From Eledone cirrhosa (taxonomy: Eukaryota): a stretch of 64,000 nt of DNA. Positions 38,984 to 51,799 of this stretch are shown here, in pieces. Positions within the stretch are counted from its first letter, which is position 1; every line of letters begins with the position of its first letter. A model generated the notes under the pieces. It ran no database searches. It saw nothing but the letters and a program-made list of their open reading frames with translations, and had not been told where the DNA came from. Both the position numbers and the translations under genes were made by a program. The DNA lies in assembly GCA_964016885.1 (NCBI GenBank), contig OZ024741.1:75144001-75208000 (forward strand), written 5' to 3'.

Positions 38984-39879
38984 AATATATGAACAACCAT
39001 CCGGTTGTGGAACCAACCAACCAACCGGAAATTTATAATAAATTGAAGTGAAAGCAACTGGTGCGTGTGTTTCTTATTGGCAACATGACCCTCCCAAAGT
39101 ATAACAATATCGGTTTCAACACACGTTTTCAGATAAACAATCTTGCTAAACAAATTCAGAAACGAAATATATATATATATATATAAAGGAACGATCGACT
39201 TTCGTCAAATCGGACCGAGGAAACAATGTTTCCGTTGGTCTTTCCAATTGCTAATACTATCTATCGGTCGCAACTCCAGGTAGAAGGAGCAACGTGAAAT
39301 AAAGTGTCTTGCTCAAGGACATAACGCATCGCCCGGTCCAGGAATTGAACTCACAACCTCACAATTGCGAATCCAATTCTCTAACCACTCAGTCACACGC
39401 CTTCACCACTATATATATATAAAATTCTACAAGTTGATAAAACAACAGTAAGGCTTTCAGTTATTTATTTAAAGCTCGAATGTGGTTTATTTTATATACA
39501 GATTAACGAGCAATATTTCAGAGGTAAATCCAGTGGTATACTTTCGGTCATCTTAGATTTAAATCACAGATTTAAGTCACCTTTTAATACGTTTATATAT
39601 ATAATTGAGCCTGGCGATTTCTTTATAAGGATGTTGTATATAATATCCAAAGGCAATGAAACACGTGTAGATCAAATATAGTGTATTAACTGTTGAACTT
39701 AGTGACTTATTTCTTATTAATTATAACAAGAACAATTTTTTGATGTGATAAAATCAGGAAACTAATATTCTTTTTAGAATAACCGAATGATTTCCAGCTA
39801 CCATGTATGGAAAATGATGTTAATAAAAGTAAAATTATTAAACAAAAAACCTGAAGGTATGTGGGTATATGGTAAGAAA

Positions 39880-40222
39880 CTCTCGAGAGAACTGGACAAT
39901 AACGTTGGTAGTCCTTGTAGCAATGAGACATCAACATACTGTCGCCAACGAATGACTCAGAGTTAATTCCCTTAGTGTGCGTTAAAATACAAACAACATG
40001 TCTCTCGCGTGATAAGGAGGTCGTTTTTGTTCTTCCTCGCCCAGATCCAGCTGGAACTCCTTTCTGCTGCGCTGCCTCTGACATTGCCTGAAGGGCATTG
40101 GTCCTTGTCTTTCCCAGAGACTGAGAGTTGTTTCATGAGATTGTTGGCAGATTTGCCCACAAAGCCTCTGGCTACAACTTCTATTGAGAACTTTGACTCG
40201 GACATTGACTTCCCACAGACTG
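39880..40222 (-). mobile_element. 3' fragment of an R2/Hero-like non-LTR element (RLE C-terminus)
   Basis: SIEVVARGFVGKS...MSEAA/AERSSSWIW across a frameshift matches the EVG-RGF...AAE-S-WIW pattern. Confidence 0.7.
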
Positions 40223-41496
40223 TATCGATAATAGTAAAAATAATAATAATGAGAACATTAATAGTAATGTTATAGAGCCCTCTTCGGATTTTAGTCATTG
40301 CATATATAATTTCTCTCTATCGATATATTCTTTTCTCTTCCGTTTTTTTTCTCTCTCTTCACTATCGTCTCGTTCTCGTCCTTTCTTTCCTCAATACCTT
40401 TCTAAGTTATTATCGCAATGCGGATAGATGTATTGTCTTTAATGCACCGAAACATCTGAGACCCGCAGCAGACAACTGATAAGGGGAAATGTCTATCTCT
40501 ATGCTTGTGTTTCCTTTACTCTCTAAACACTCGTTATTAATAACCACACAGCCTTGTCCCTTTCAATTCATATATATATATACACACACACACACATGTA
40601 TATATATATGAGAGAGAGAGAGACAGACAGACAGCGAGAGGGGAAATTGGAAATAGCACGGAAAACATATCTAAGGATCTGTTTTCCTTTTTATCCTTTC
40701 TTTGATTCGTCAAAGTGACATTATTGAAAATATGAGAAGGACAATTCTTTTAAAAAAGAGTTTTATAATGTAGATAAAATATATAAAGTATAACCGGTTT
40801 CGGTGTATTAGTAAAACCCATCTTCTCAAATGTTGACTATTAAAAAGAATTAATAAGAATTAAAAATTAAAGATTTAAAATTAAGTGTTGAGGCAAGTTT
40901 TTTCATTTTCCTTGTTGAGAAAGAGACTGGAAAATGGAATCTTGTGTATAGAACGAAGCTATCCCTGTATAATCTCTTTAGCTACGGCCGATATTTACTC
41001 AATAGATGATTTTACAAAAATCATTTGTTGTAAATACGAACTTATAGCTCAGAATAGACACTATTCGTTAATTAGTTGTTAAACGTCTTAGTTTAATATA
41101 ATTAATAGAGCCGAACTACGTCCTATGTACAACATTTGCATCAGCATGTGTTACTCACAGAAGTCATGAAATATTTTCAAATATTACGTAACCAGGACAT
41201 GATATTTCACCAGCGCGAGTTTTGTCCTAATTCAAAAGGGGGATTTTATCAGAGAGTCTGGTAGAGTCGAATTGGTACATCATAATGGTAATGATAGCAG
41301 TTTCATTCTGTAGCAGAATGATGGGAACTTATAAAGAGGATGGGATTTAAAATTAGCCGTTAAGAGGAAAAACCCTTTTGGAGGGAAATTGAAATAATTC
41401 AATAATCGGCAGCGCTCTTCAACCGGGTTAGTTATGAGAATAACAAAGACAGAGTTGCAAATTACGTGCAAATTGAACTAATATAAAAAAATAATG

Positions 41497-42287
41497 GGCG
41501 ATATCCAATTTTAGCTGTCTAAATGCCGCTTACTTGCTGCAGTTGCTGCTTACTTCAATGTATGAGGCTCTTCCAACAAATTTACATTCCCCCTTTTTTT
41601 AGCCGTTAAAAGAAATATAGATTTATTTATTTTTTTTTTTTTGCGATTTATTTGCCACTGGGGCATAGATTTCTTTATTTGCCCCTTTTTTGTTTGTTTG
41701 TTTTTTTGCGATTTATTAGCCTTTTGGGGTCACACACACACCCGTAGAAAGTGTGCGACCTTTCTGCCAGGGAGTACAGAGAGAGGGGGATGCTCCCTTC
41801 TTCTCTTACCTGTACAAGCCGATATAGAGAGATGGCCCACTTACACGGGCAATTATTGCTACTTTCACCCATCTTTCATGGAATTGGCTGGGACTTAGTG
41901 CCTTTTTCGGGTGAAAGTAGCAATAATGGCCCGTGTAAGTGGGCCATCTCTCTATATCGGCTTGTACAGGTAAGCGAAGAAGGGAGCACCCCCCTCTCTC
42001 TCTGTGCTCCCTGGCAGAAAGGTCGCACACTTTCTACGGGGGGGGGGGGGGTGACCCCAAAAGGCTAATAAATCGCAAAAAAAAACAAACAAACAAAAAA
42101 GGGGCAAATAAAGAAATCTATGCCCCAGTGGCAAATAAATCGCAAAAAAAAAAATAAATAAATCTATATTTCTTTTAACGGCTAAAAAAAAGGGGAATGT
42201 AAATTTGTTGGAATAGCCTCATACATTGAAGTAAGCAGCAACTGCAGCAAGTAAGCGGCATTTAGACAGCTAAAATTGGATATCGCC
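41497..42287. mobile_element. Foldback/MITE DNA transposon, Merlin-like
   Basis: ~375-bp near-perfect arms (41497-41870 and 41909-42287), 38-bp spacer, GGCGA termini, 8-bp TSD aaataatg (41489-96 and 42288-95). Confidence 0.8.
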
Positions 42288-42444
42288 AAATAATGTTCAT
42301 CTTACGATTAAAGCCAGGTTTTGCACCTGAGAGATTAGATAACTCATGTTTAACAAAGCTATATATATATATATTCGGTATATAAGGATGCAATTCACTT
42401 CTAGCACTCAACGCCATATTACCAATGACAGGGGTGACGGAGTA

Positions 42445-42759
42445 TATTAATAAAGATGAAAATGCGAAGTTGAAGATGTTAGAGTCCTTTATTATTTGAG
42501 CAGTTATATATATTTCAATGACGATAAACATCGTGATCTCTTCAGACAACAAAAATTGATTAAAAGGTAACAGTTCACTGAGGAGAAGGGGGCGGACAAC
42601 CAAAGCAAAAACACATTCTTTTAGTACCCTCCCTTCAAATGAAATTGCCTCAGAACTGTTACCTTTTAATCGATTTTTGCTGTCTGAAGAAATCACGATG
42701 TTTATCGTCATTGAAATTTATAAAGGACTCTAACACCTTCAACTTCGCATTTTCATCTT

Positions 42760-42762
<3 letters not shown>
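42445..42762. repeat. Head-to-head pLTR palindrome with HHR motifs (minus 42500-42550; plus 42679-42722, 3'-deleted)
   Basis: Arms taaagatgaaaatgcgaagttgaag...ggtaacagttc and gaactgttacc...cttcaacttcgcattttcatcttta. Motif CUGAAGA-(G/A)AUCACGAU-GUUU-AUCGUCAUU-GAAA-UAUAUA-UA. Confidence 0.8.
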
Positions 42763-42846
<84 letters not shown>

Positions 42847-42853
<7 letters not shown>

Positions 42854-43121
42854 GGTGTGACACATGAATAGTGATATATTAGTAAAAAGGAAAAGAAAAT
42901 GCTGACAAATTTTTCCCAGTGAAAGATAGTTTAATTAGGAATAAGTATAAATTAGTAATAAGTATTGGTTAGTATTCAGTTTTAGTTTTAAGTTTTTACC
43001 GGTTGCGCATTTCTAATGCTATTCAAAAATAATTTTCAGATAGAGCGCTCGTGATGTTTGCTCTAATATTTTCTTTTCCTTTTTGCTAATATATCACTAT
43101 TCATGTGTCACACCTCTATTT
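42847..43121. repeat. Family C pLTR remnant with inverted termini
   Basis: aaatagaggtgtgacacatgaatagtgatatattag...aagaaaat is mirrored at ~43068-43121; (TA)n on both sides. Confidence 0.8.
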
Positions 43122-46100
43122 ATATATATTTATATATATATAAATTAGAATTGGTGCTCTGAAATAGCGATATATATATGAATGTATATATACTGTATTT
43201 TGCAATACACTGTATGCTTAATTAAAAGCATTTTGAAGACCTTAAAAATTATGTTTTGAAAATAAAAATACCAGTCTTCAGCTGTGAGATAGATTTTTGC
43301 AATTTCGACCCCCTACAAACAGTACTACTGGTCCCACCGAAGTCACAGCGTCTGACACAAGCCAAAACGCTGTCTATGGAGTTAGAGAGAAGACAAATAG
43401 TTTCCGTGCATATCGGAGCACTACATATATGATCTTTACTGCGTGGCTGATGCAGGAGAAGTGTATTTATAAACAACTTGATCTGTACAATTGCTTTGTT
43501 GATCAGACGTGAAACAGGATGATCTGCTCGCTTCAACTATATTTCCCATCGTTACAGTTGCTTTGTTAAAAGCATTCTCTCACACCGATGTTTGCATATA
43601 ACACGTTCGTCACAGATTAATAACAAAATTAAGATAATTAACATGAGAAGACAACGAACAAAAACAAGGCAGAATGAAACCTTTTTTTTTTTAAAGGGGA
43701 AACCTTAGTTGTTTTTTTTAAATAAATAACAAGACAAACGAATGACACAGAATTCCATGGTCTCAACAGGTATGTACATACACACATATTAAGTAAAACG
43801 ATGAAGTTACGGTTAAACGTAGTTAGCTTTTTATTGCGTATAAAAATACTTATTGTATCATCAGCCTGAAGAGCAGATCTATAATGGAGTAAGGTCCATA
43901 ACTACTATGGGTGACCTTGACCCAATCCTCTGCAAAACGTGCGTAACATGTCGATACACAATAAAAAAAACTAACTACATGTAAACGTAACATCATCGTT
44001 TTTCATAATATATGCACTGTGCCTGTAGAACACGTGTCAATTTGGTACCACCACCAGTAATTCACTGAATTACATACAATATATATATATATATATAATT
44101 ACAGCTATTAGTCACGTGTAGGGGCGGAAATCAAAAACAAAGAATTAATTATGAATGGAATTTTTCCAATTGCTAATTGTAGAATTAATATGAAATGAAA
44201 AATGTGTATTATTATTTTTGTTGACATGAATACACTCTAAACATTTTGTTTTTAAAGCAAGGTATTGCTTAACAATATATAGTATATATCATAGACCTTG
44301 TAAATGTAGAAATACCTTAACTCTTTGATTTTATTTAACTTTGCCTTTCATCCTTACGGGGTCGATAAAATAAAGTACCAGTAATGCACTGGGTAAATGC
44401 TGGCCTTGTGCCAAAAGTAGAAACAATTATATATCATAAACACTCACATTTAAAAAAAAATCTTATTTATGCTTCTATCGCTTTCCATTGGCCTTCCCCC
44501 TTTTTTTTTGTCTCTCTGTCTATCAGGTTTCTGCTTTTTAACTGTATGGTGTAGTAAATACCTCTCTTAGTTTATCATGGTAAACCCCTTGTCTGGGATG
44601 CCACTTGCAGTGACACATTCTCCAGCAGAAACCTGGTGCAGTCTGTGACTAACCCAGGTTCTGCTGCACTTCAGGCTGAGGAGGGTAAACTCTTCAAGTA
44701 TCGGTTGCTTCTGTAGCAGTCGAGACTTCTGGCACCCTTGGCCCTAGGGCTACCTCCCTACTTACCACCATAGGTGCTGAGCTGGCTAGTCACAGGTGTG
44801 AGCCTCGCGAGATGGAATGGCATCTCTCTTACCATCCTATGGGGAAATGCCTTCTCCATTCTGTCAGCCGAGGCCGTGGGGTGACCGGCACGTGGGACCC
44901 AATTTGCTCATATTAGATAGAGATGGGGGAGGTCAGAGATATGGAGGCAATGACAGTTCCGCTCTTCTGTGTTCAGACCTGGTATGCAGCATCAGTTGTC
45001 CGTAAGAAGGTAGTGATTCATCTACTATTATCTTGGGCATATTTAATTGTCCATCAGTTTTTATATCTTTTTATCTATCTCATGTTTATCATGGCTTGCT
45101 GGCTTTATATAGACATTTAAATTGATTAAATAAATATATAGTTTATGTGCATACATATCATCATCATCATCATAATTTTACGTCCGCTTTTCCCTGCTTG
45201 CAAGGGTGGGACGGGAACTGATTCTGACTTGATTTCTACAGCTGGATGCCCTTCCTAACACCAACCTCATTTACAGTGAGTGCTGGGTGCTTTTTTTTCG
45301 TGGCGCCTACACGTCCACTTTACAGTGTGTGCTTTTTTGCCGTGGCACCTACATGTCTACTTTGCAGTGGAATGATATGCACCCCAGTCCGTATCATCTC
45401 ATTTCTACAGCTGAGTAAACAGGAGCAATATGAAATACAGGGTCTTGCTCAAGGAAACAACACATCACCCAGTCTGAGAATTGAACTCACAACCTTTCAA
45501 TTGCAAGGCCAATGCTCTAACCACTAAGCCATGTGCCTCCATAAATATTTATATATAAACTACATTAATAGTTTAAATAAAATCAAAGAGTTAAGGTATT
45601 TCTACATTTACAATTGTTTCTTACATGTATTGTGCCACGTATAGAGAGAGTTATTTTGTTTAGTAACTCACGGTTAGTACTTGACTGTAAACGAGTATAA
45701 TTATTCCCATTAATATTATGATTACAACTATATTATAATATTAGTATATATAAATGTATTTATATATATATACATAAGTATTTATATATGTATGCACACA
45801 AACACATATTTATTTAATCAATTTAAACATCTATATAAAGGGTTACATAATATTTTTCCTGGTTGTACAGTAAGGCAAACTGGAAGCTGGAAGCTTACAT
45901 ATGATGAAGTTTCTTTGATCTCAACATAAATAAATAAGAATAAAATTATCTTGTGACAAAAACAGTATGAGAAATAGTACATGCATGTTTTACAAGTGAT
46001 CAGTGAAATAGCTTATACAGAAATTGTAACACTGTCATATTACATGTGACACTATAACTTTATGTGAGATTGTGAGCCCGTTTGTTAACAATCCATATGA

Positions 46101-46419
46101 AGCCGACTTGGATTTATGATTTTAAACCTGCTTATTTTTATATATTTATCATTATATTAAAATCTTCCATCATAATTTAATTTTAGATATGTTTATTAAG
46201 TATTGTTCAAAGTATCAGCTAAAGAATATTCTTGTTATTTTATTGAATTCTTCCAAATCTCTGGATATTTTCAAAATTAGTTTGAAAATCATAGACAGTG
46301 CATTCATCGGGAGGATGTTACATTAGATGTAGAAATGCAATAGCACCAATTTTATATAAAACTTCCTTCATAATATATGTATACAATGTTTTATGAAATT
46401 TAAATGAGTAACATATTTA

Positions 46420-48619
46420 GACTTGGGTACTAAGTAGATACATTTTGGTGTTTAGGAAATAGACATCATTCCTATACAAAATCTGTCTCCTGAATCCAAA
46501 TATAACCTTTCTTTTTGACCTATCAGATCTAGTTTTTAAGTTATTGAACGACCCTATAGTCACTATGTATGTGTGTACATCCAGTTCACAGTGTTCGTTA
46601 TCTTATTCTAATTCTAAGTTTTTTTCTTTTTCCATACTTTTTAGATGTTGTGGTGAACTAAGCAATAGAAAATGAGCAAGATATCCTCTTCAAGATAGTG
46701 TTGCATTAATTCTCCAAATATGTTTTGTTATGTTTGTGGAGAATACACATTATCTGAAAATCGATTTTGTTGAAAGAGCATATATGACATATTTTGGGGT
46801 CAAGCTGGAGACCAAGATAAATATTGGGCACCGTGTAGTGTCTGCAAACAATATACAGAACATTTGAGACAATGGACTAAAGGGACAAGGAAAAGTATGA
46901 GGTTTGCTATACCAATGGTATCGTGGGAGCCCTATAATCATGTGGACGACTGCTATTTTTGTAACCTAAATTTGAAGGGTATTAACCGGAAAAATCGATA
47001 AATGCTTGTCTATACTAATCTTACCTCTGCTATTAGACCGGTTCCACGCAGTGAAGAGTTTCCTGTTCCTGTCTTCAATGTCTTGCCTCAGATAACTTTA
47101 CCCTCAACCAAAGAAGATTCATTACCTGAAGATGATACTAGAGATCAAGACTTTTCAGTTGAGACTTTACCTCAGCTATTCTCCCAGGTAGAGATGAATG
47201 ATCTAGTTCCTGACTTGAACCTCCCAAAAAATTCTGCAGAACTGTTGGCTTCCCAACTGAAAGAGAAGAATCCCCTAGAGAATGGTGTCTGTATAACCTC
47301 CTTTTATCGGAGTCGGAATGAAGAGTTCCTTTCTTTCTTCACAAAAGAGGAAGAGCTGGTTCACTGCATGGATGTCAGTGGGCTTCTTAATAAACTAGGC
47401 ATTGAGGAATACAAACCAGAGGAATGGCGTCTTTTCATAGACAGCTCTAAGTGTAGTTTAAAATGTGTATTGTTGCACAACGAAAATGTGTATGATTCTG
47501 TCCCACTTGGCCACTCAACAACTCTGAAGGAAAAATATGAAGAAATTAAGTTGGTTTTAGAGTAGATACTGTATCATGATCATAAATAGGTCATCTGTGT
47601 TGATTTAAAGATGGTGAATTTTCTCATAGGACAGCAATCTGGTTATACCAAATACCCATGTTTTCTTTGCATGTGGGACAGTAGAGACCGAGTAAACCAC
47701 TATGTTAAGAAAGACTGGTCGCCTCGAACAAATATGGCTCCATGTAGAGCTGCCAATATATTGGAAGAACCTTTAGTTAAGCAAGATAAGATCATTTTAA
47801 GCAAGATAAGATAATTTAAGCACATCAAATTCAAATTGATCAAGCCATTTGTCAAAGCTCTTGACAAAAATGGGGAGTGCTTCAAGTATATTTGCAGTGT
47901 ATTTCCAGACTTGACGATTGAAAAACTTAAAGCAGGGATTTTTGATGGACCACAGATCTGTAAGCTCTTGAAGGACACAAATTTCGTGAAAATGATGAGC
48001 GAAAATGAAGCATCAGCCTGACTAGCCTTTGCAGAAGTAGTGCAAAATTTCCTTGGGAAACACAAAAGTAAAAACTATAAAGACCTTTTTACCAACTTGA
48101 TATCAACTTTGCATGATATTGGTGCGAATATGTGTATGAAAATGCATTATCTTTTTAGTCCTCTTGATTGTTTTCCTGAAAATCTTGAAGATGTTAGCGA
48201 TGAACAAGGTGAACGATTCCATCAGGACATCAAGGAGATAGAAACTAGGATGTTGGGACGCTGTGATAATGGCAGACTATTGCTGGTGTTTAAAACGAGA
48301 TGCTCCTGTTGCTCAACATTCATGGTGCTCAAAGAAGCATGAATTTATTCCTTGAATTTTCTGCCAAAAATCTTTGCTAATGTGCATTTTCAATTTTGAA
48401 TTTTTATTTGTACTTTGTTTTGTTTGTGTTACACTATCTTTATTGATTTATATTATATGGCTCTTGTATGAATAAAATACTTACTCTATTAGGTCTAGTT
48501 TTCTGACTAGACCTGATAGAGAAAACTGAAGTTATTTTTGAATTTAGCAGGCAAAATCACTTAAGAATTCGTTGAAATATTCCAGGCACCAGACAAAAAA
48601 ATGTTTTTGTTGCCCAGTG
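46420..48619 (+). mobile_element. Chapaev3-like (CMC/Transib-related) DNA transposon, transposase disrupted
   Basis: FCYVCGEY, DCYFC, SAIRPVP, WRLFIDSSK, CVDLKMV, CFLC, HIK, KMHYL, SDEQGERFHQDI. Right end ...ttgttgcccagtg (CAC terminus); left end degenerate. The superfamily call rests on motif recognition. Confidence 0.75.
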
Positions 48620-49249
48620 TATCAATCTATATTAAATTTGAATCACTATAAAACTTAGTCTGGAATTTGTGGAATAAGTGACTCAATTTTAAGCTTCTTA
48701 TTTTGTTAATCATAACCACTGCTCCAGAAATTGGCAGAGTCGTTAGTGCATTATATTAAAGGCTTTTTTTTCTGGCTCTCTGCATTATGATTTTTAATAT
48801 CCCACTATTATGATGGAATGATTTTAGATAAATATAGACATTTAAAAACAAACAGCTTTGTATCATAGAATGATGAGTAGTTTCAGGCAATTTGATATCA
48901 AAAGGGTTAAAGATTTGAAAAAGATGCTTTCCAGTATCTGTTCTATCTCTGTACATACTGAAATTGAATCTTGTCTTCTGTCACTGGAAAAACAATAGCT
49001 CTCTTGCAAGGAGTTTTGAGCAGCAGATAGAATCAGAAACATATTTTATTTGGTCTGATCTCATGATCGCTTTGTTTTTGTATTGTCATTTTTTACTGCC
49101 TATACTAGGATATCTTTATGAGATACGCATCCACAAGAAAAACACTTGGCATCACATACGGACAGATAGATAGAGAGAAAGAGAAAGATAGATAGATATA
49201 TGTATATACTTACAAATATATATATATATTATGCTTATATATGTGTACA

Positions 49250-49415
49250 TGTAAATCAGGATGAAATCAGTTTGAAACTGGTTAGACCATTACTCAACAG
49301 AGTACTCAATACTTGGGGTAGTAGAGTATGGTTATATTATAAAGAGTTGGGACCTGATGGCTGAGCTCTTGTCGTTTCAATAGCTAGTTTCAGAGTCTGG
49401 AACTAGCTATGCGTA
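49250..49415 (-). mobile_element. Diverged family A pLTR remnant
   Basis: agagtactcaatacttggggtagtagagt...gctgagctc...gtttc matches the reverse complement of 31970-32050. Confidence 0.65.
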
Positions 49416-49438
49416 CATATATTTATATATGTATATAT

Positions 49439-49500
<62 letters not shown>

Positions 49501-49899
49501 ACAGTAGTAGTTTGGTAAAGATATACAAGTAGTTTGGTAAAGATATACAAGGTATAGAGCAACTCAAGTCCGGAGAGTGGGTTTTAATATAGTTATTAAG
49601 ACCAGTTACTACAAGAACGCTAAACCAGTTGCATATGTTTAGTTGGTCCAGAGGACCAATTTATTCAACTTTTGTCCATAAAAATGAACTGGAAAATGTT
49701 TACTCAGAAAAGAGAATTAGGAGAACTCTAAACGGGGGCAGGTAATGATCTAATTGGTCTTGGGAAGAAAATTTGACTGAAAAATGCAAACAAACGCTAA
49801 CTAGCTAATAGATTAGAGGTGGTTAGAAATTAATCAATAAAATAGGATATAATTTTGGGAAGAAACAAATAAAAGTCAATATATATATATATATATATA

Positions 49900-50560
49900 T
49901 GGAAAGTGTGCAGTCATCCTTGGTCATGCTGCCATTCAAGGCCTCATAACTCCTTGTTGTAAGCAGCATTAATCGTTAAGCCCTAACAAAGAAGTGGGGA
50001 GGCATAATATCTCGCTCATTGCTCCTGACTCCCAGAACTATCACAGTTACCAGAAACTTTGTGTGCATCACCATTGGAATGTCTTGAGGGTCAGCCATTC
50101 TTTTGGTTGTCCTTTTGGTCCTAATGAAAGTTTTTCTCATCACAGAAAAAAACCTAAAGTATTCCAGACTCATGATGCTCAACAGGTGTTTTGTGCTGAG
50201 CAGAAGGTTATATTTTGTCTTTGCAGACATGAATTGATGTCTCCACATCACATATGACATGTATCGAAAGTCCACATTCAAGATTCTTCTGACAGCGTTC
50301 CTTGAAACCTTGAGCTTGTTAGAAATGGTGCTAATTGAACTTCTTCGGTACTTATCAATAATTTTCTGTACCCCTCAAACAAATCTGGGATTTATGGTGG
50401 TATTATGACCATTAGCATGCATTTTACGTTTGGCTACTGCTGGAGAAGCTCTGTCAGTAACTTCCAGCTCATTGTAAACTTTGACAACAAATGAATGTTT
50501 AGATTTCAACAAGTTAATGGTAGAAACACCCAATTTAACGTTAGACCTGTCTAATGATAT
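49900..50560 (-). pseudogene. Tc1/mariner (maT/DD37D-like) transposase remnant
   Basis: PMVMHTKFLVTVIVLGVRSNERDIMPPHFF resembles the TKFP-xVMVLGVVSNEG-VMPPHFF motif. Confidence 0.7.
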
Positions 50561-50652
50561 CAAAGTTTCCTGACCAAGGCTTTGTTCATGAAACATGAAT
50601 GAATGTGAGGCATTTTCTTGATGTAATTATGCCTATGTATGTATATGTATAT

Positions 50653-50690
<38 letters not shown>

Positions 50691-50814
50691 GTATGTATGT
50701 CCAATCCTTATGAAGAACTCAATGTAATCCCAATATAGAAGATATAATAAAAAGAGAAGATGCATTAACAAATTTACGATAAAAGTCATAGGAAAACAAT
50801 GAAAGTCATTAATA

Positions 50815-51710
50815 AAAACAATGAAATAGAAACAAAGAACAAGTTCCTTATATCATTTTACGATCGTTTCTGGGATGTATATGTGTGTTGGTATGTATAT
50901 CATGTTTAAGATCTATGTAAAAATATTTCAAATTATCAGAGAAAATATACATACCTTGACATATACATGCCGTCCTCAGAAATGATGAGATGTGTTTATT
51001 GAAAAAAACAAAGAATTGATATAAATTGATATAAAGTCTGTTTGAGACCAATAGAAATGATTTAGAGGTCAAGTTGATAGAATAACAGTAGTAGAAATTA
51101 AATCTAGGAGTGGAGGAGTGCAGATTAATGCTTTGAATGAAAAGAATACAATGGGGGGGGGGGGGGAGAAAATGAGGTCAAGTCAAGAAGATAGTGAAGT
51201 TTACACGAAAATTTGATGTTATTAAAGAATGTTGTTAAAAACGAAGGAAACATTTTTTTTGGGGGGGGGGGGGGATAAGGGTATTAGTGAGCAATACCAA
51301 TCTTATTTAAACTACAAGGAATCTAGATACATAACAGGAAATTAAATTAATCGATACTAATACCCTTATCCCTCCAAAAAAAATTTTTCTTCGTTTTTAA
51401 CAACATTCTTTAATAACATCAAATTTTCGTGTACACTTCACTATCTTCTTGTCTTGACCTCATGTTCTCCTCCCCATTGTATTCTTTTCAATCAAAGCAT
51501 TAATCTGCACTCCTCCACTCCTAGATTTAATTTCTACTACTGTTATTCTATCAACTTGACCTCTAAATCATTTCTATTGGTCAATTCAAAACCTGTTCCC
51601 TAATCAATGATATACATACCACCACTCATATACATCCCAGAAACGATCGTAAAATGAGGAATTTTTTTATATAAGGAACTTGTTGTTTGTTTCTATTTCA
51701 TTTTTTTAAT
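50815..51710. repeat. Long head-to-head pLTR inverted repeat (arms ~50815-51288 and ~51355-51710)
   Basis: Near-identical arms (gaccaatagaaatgatttagaggtcaag...ataagggtattagt / actaatacccttatcc...); the right arm lacks ~130 bp that includes the HHR core. Confidence 0.88.
50852..50986 (-). ncRNA. Type I hammerhead ribozyme motif with extended stem II
   Basis: AUCAUUU-CUGAGGA-CGGCAUGUAUAUGU...ACAUAUACAUCCCA-GAAAC-GAUC-GUA-AAAUGAU: 7-bp stem I, 10-bp stem II helix, palindromic GAUC loop III. Confidence 0.78.
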
Positions 51711-51715
51711 TAATT

Positions 51716-51786
<71 letters not shown>

Positions 51787-51799
51787 ATATATATATAAC

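Noticed and set aside
43865-43947. HHR-like ctgaaga-gcaga...tctgc-aaaac-gtgc-gta; similar weak motifs at ~49630-49670, ~54722-54750 and ~6640-6710
   Set aside because: The core is mutated and/or stem I is absent. They are probably decayed pLTR ribozymes but are too weak to call.
44300-45612. ~40-bp inverted match (44300-44338 and 45574-45612) as TIRs of a 1.3-kb transposon
   Set aside because: No TSD was found and the interior is a mosaic of unrelated SINE pieces. Two separate short pLTR tails are a simpler explanation.
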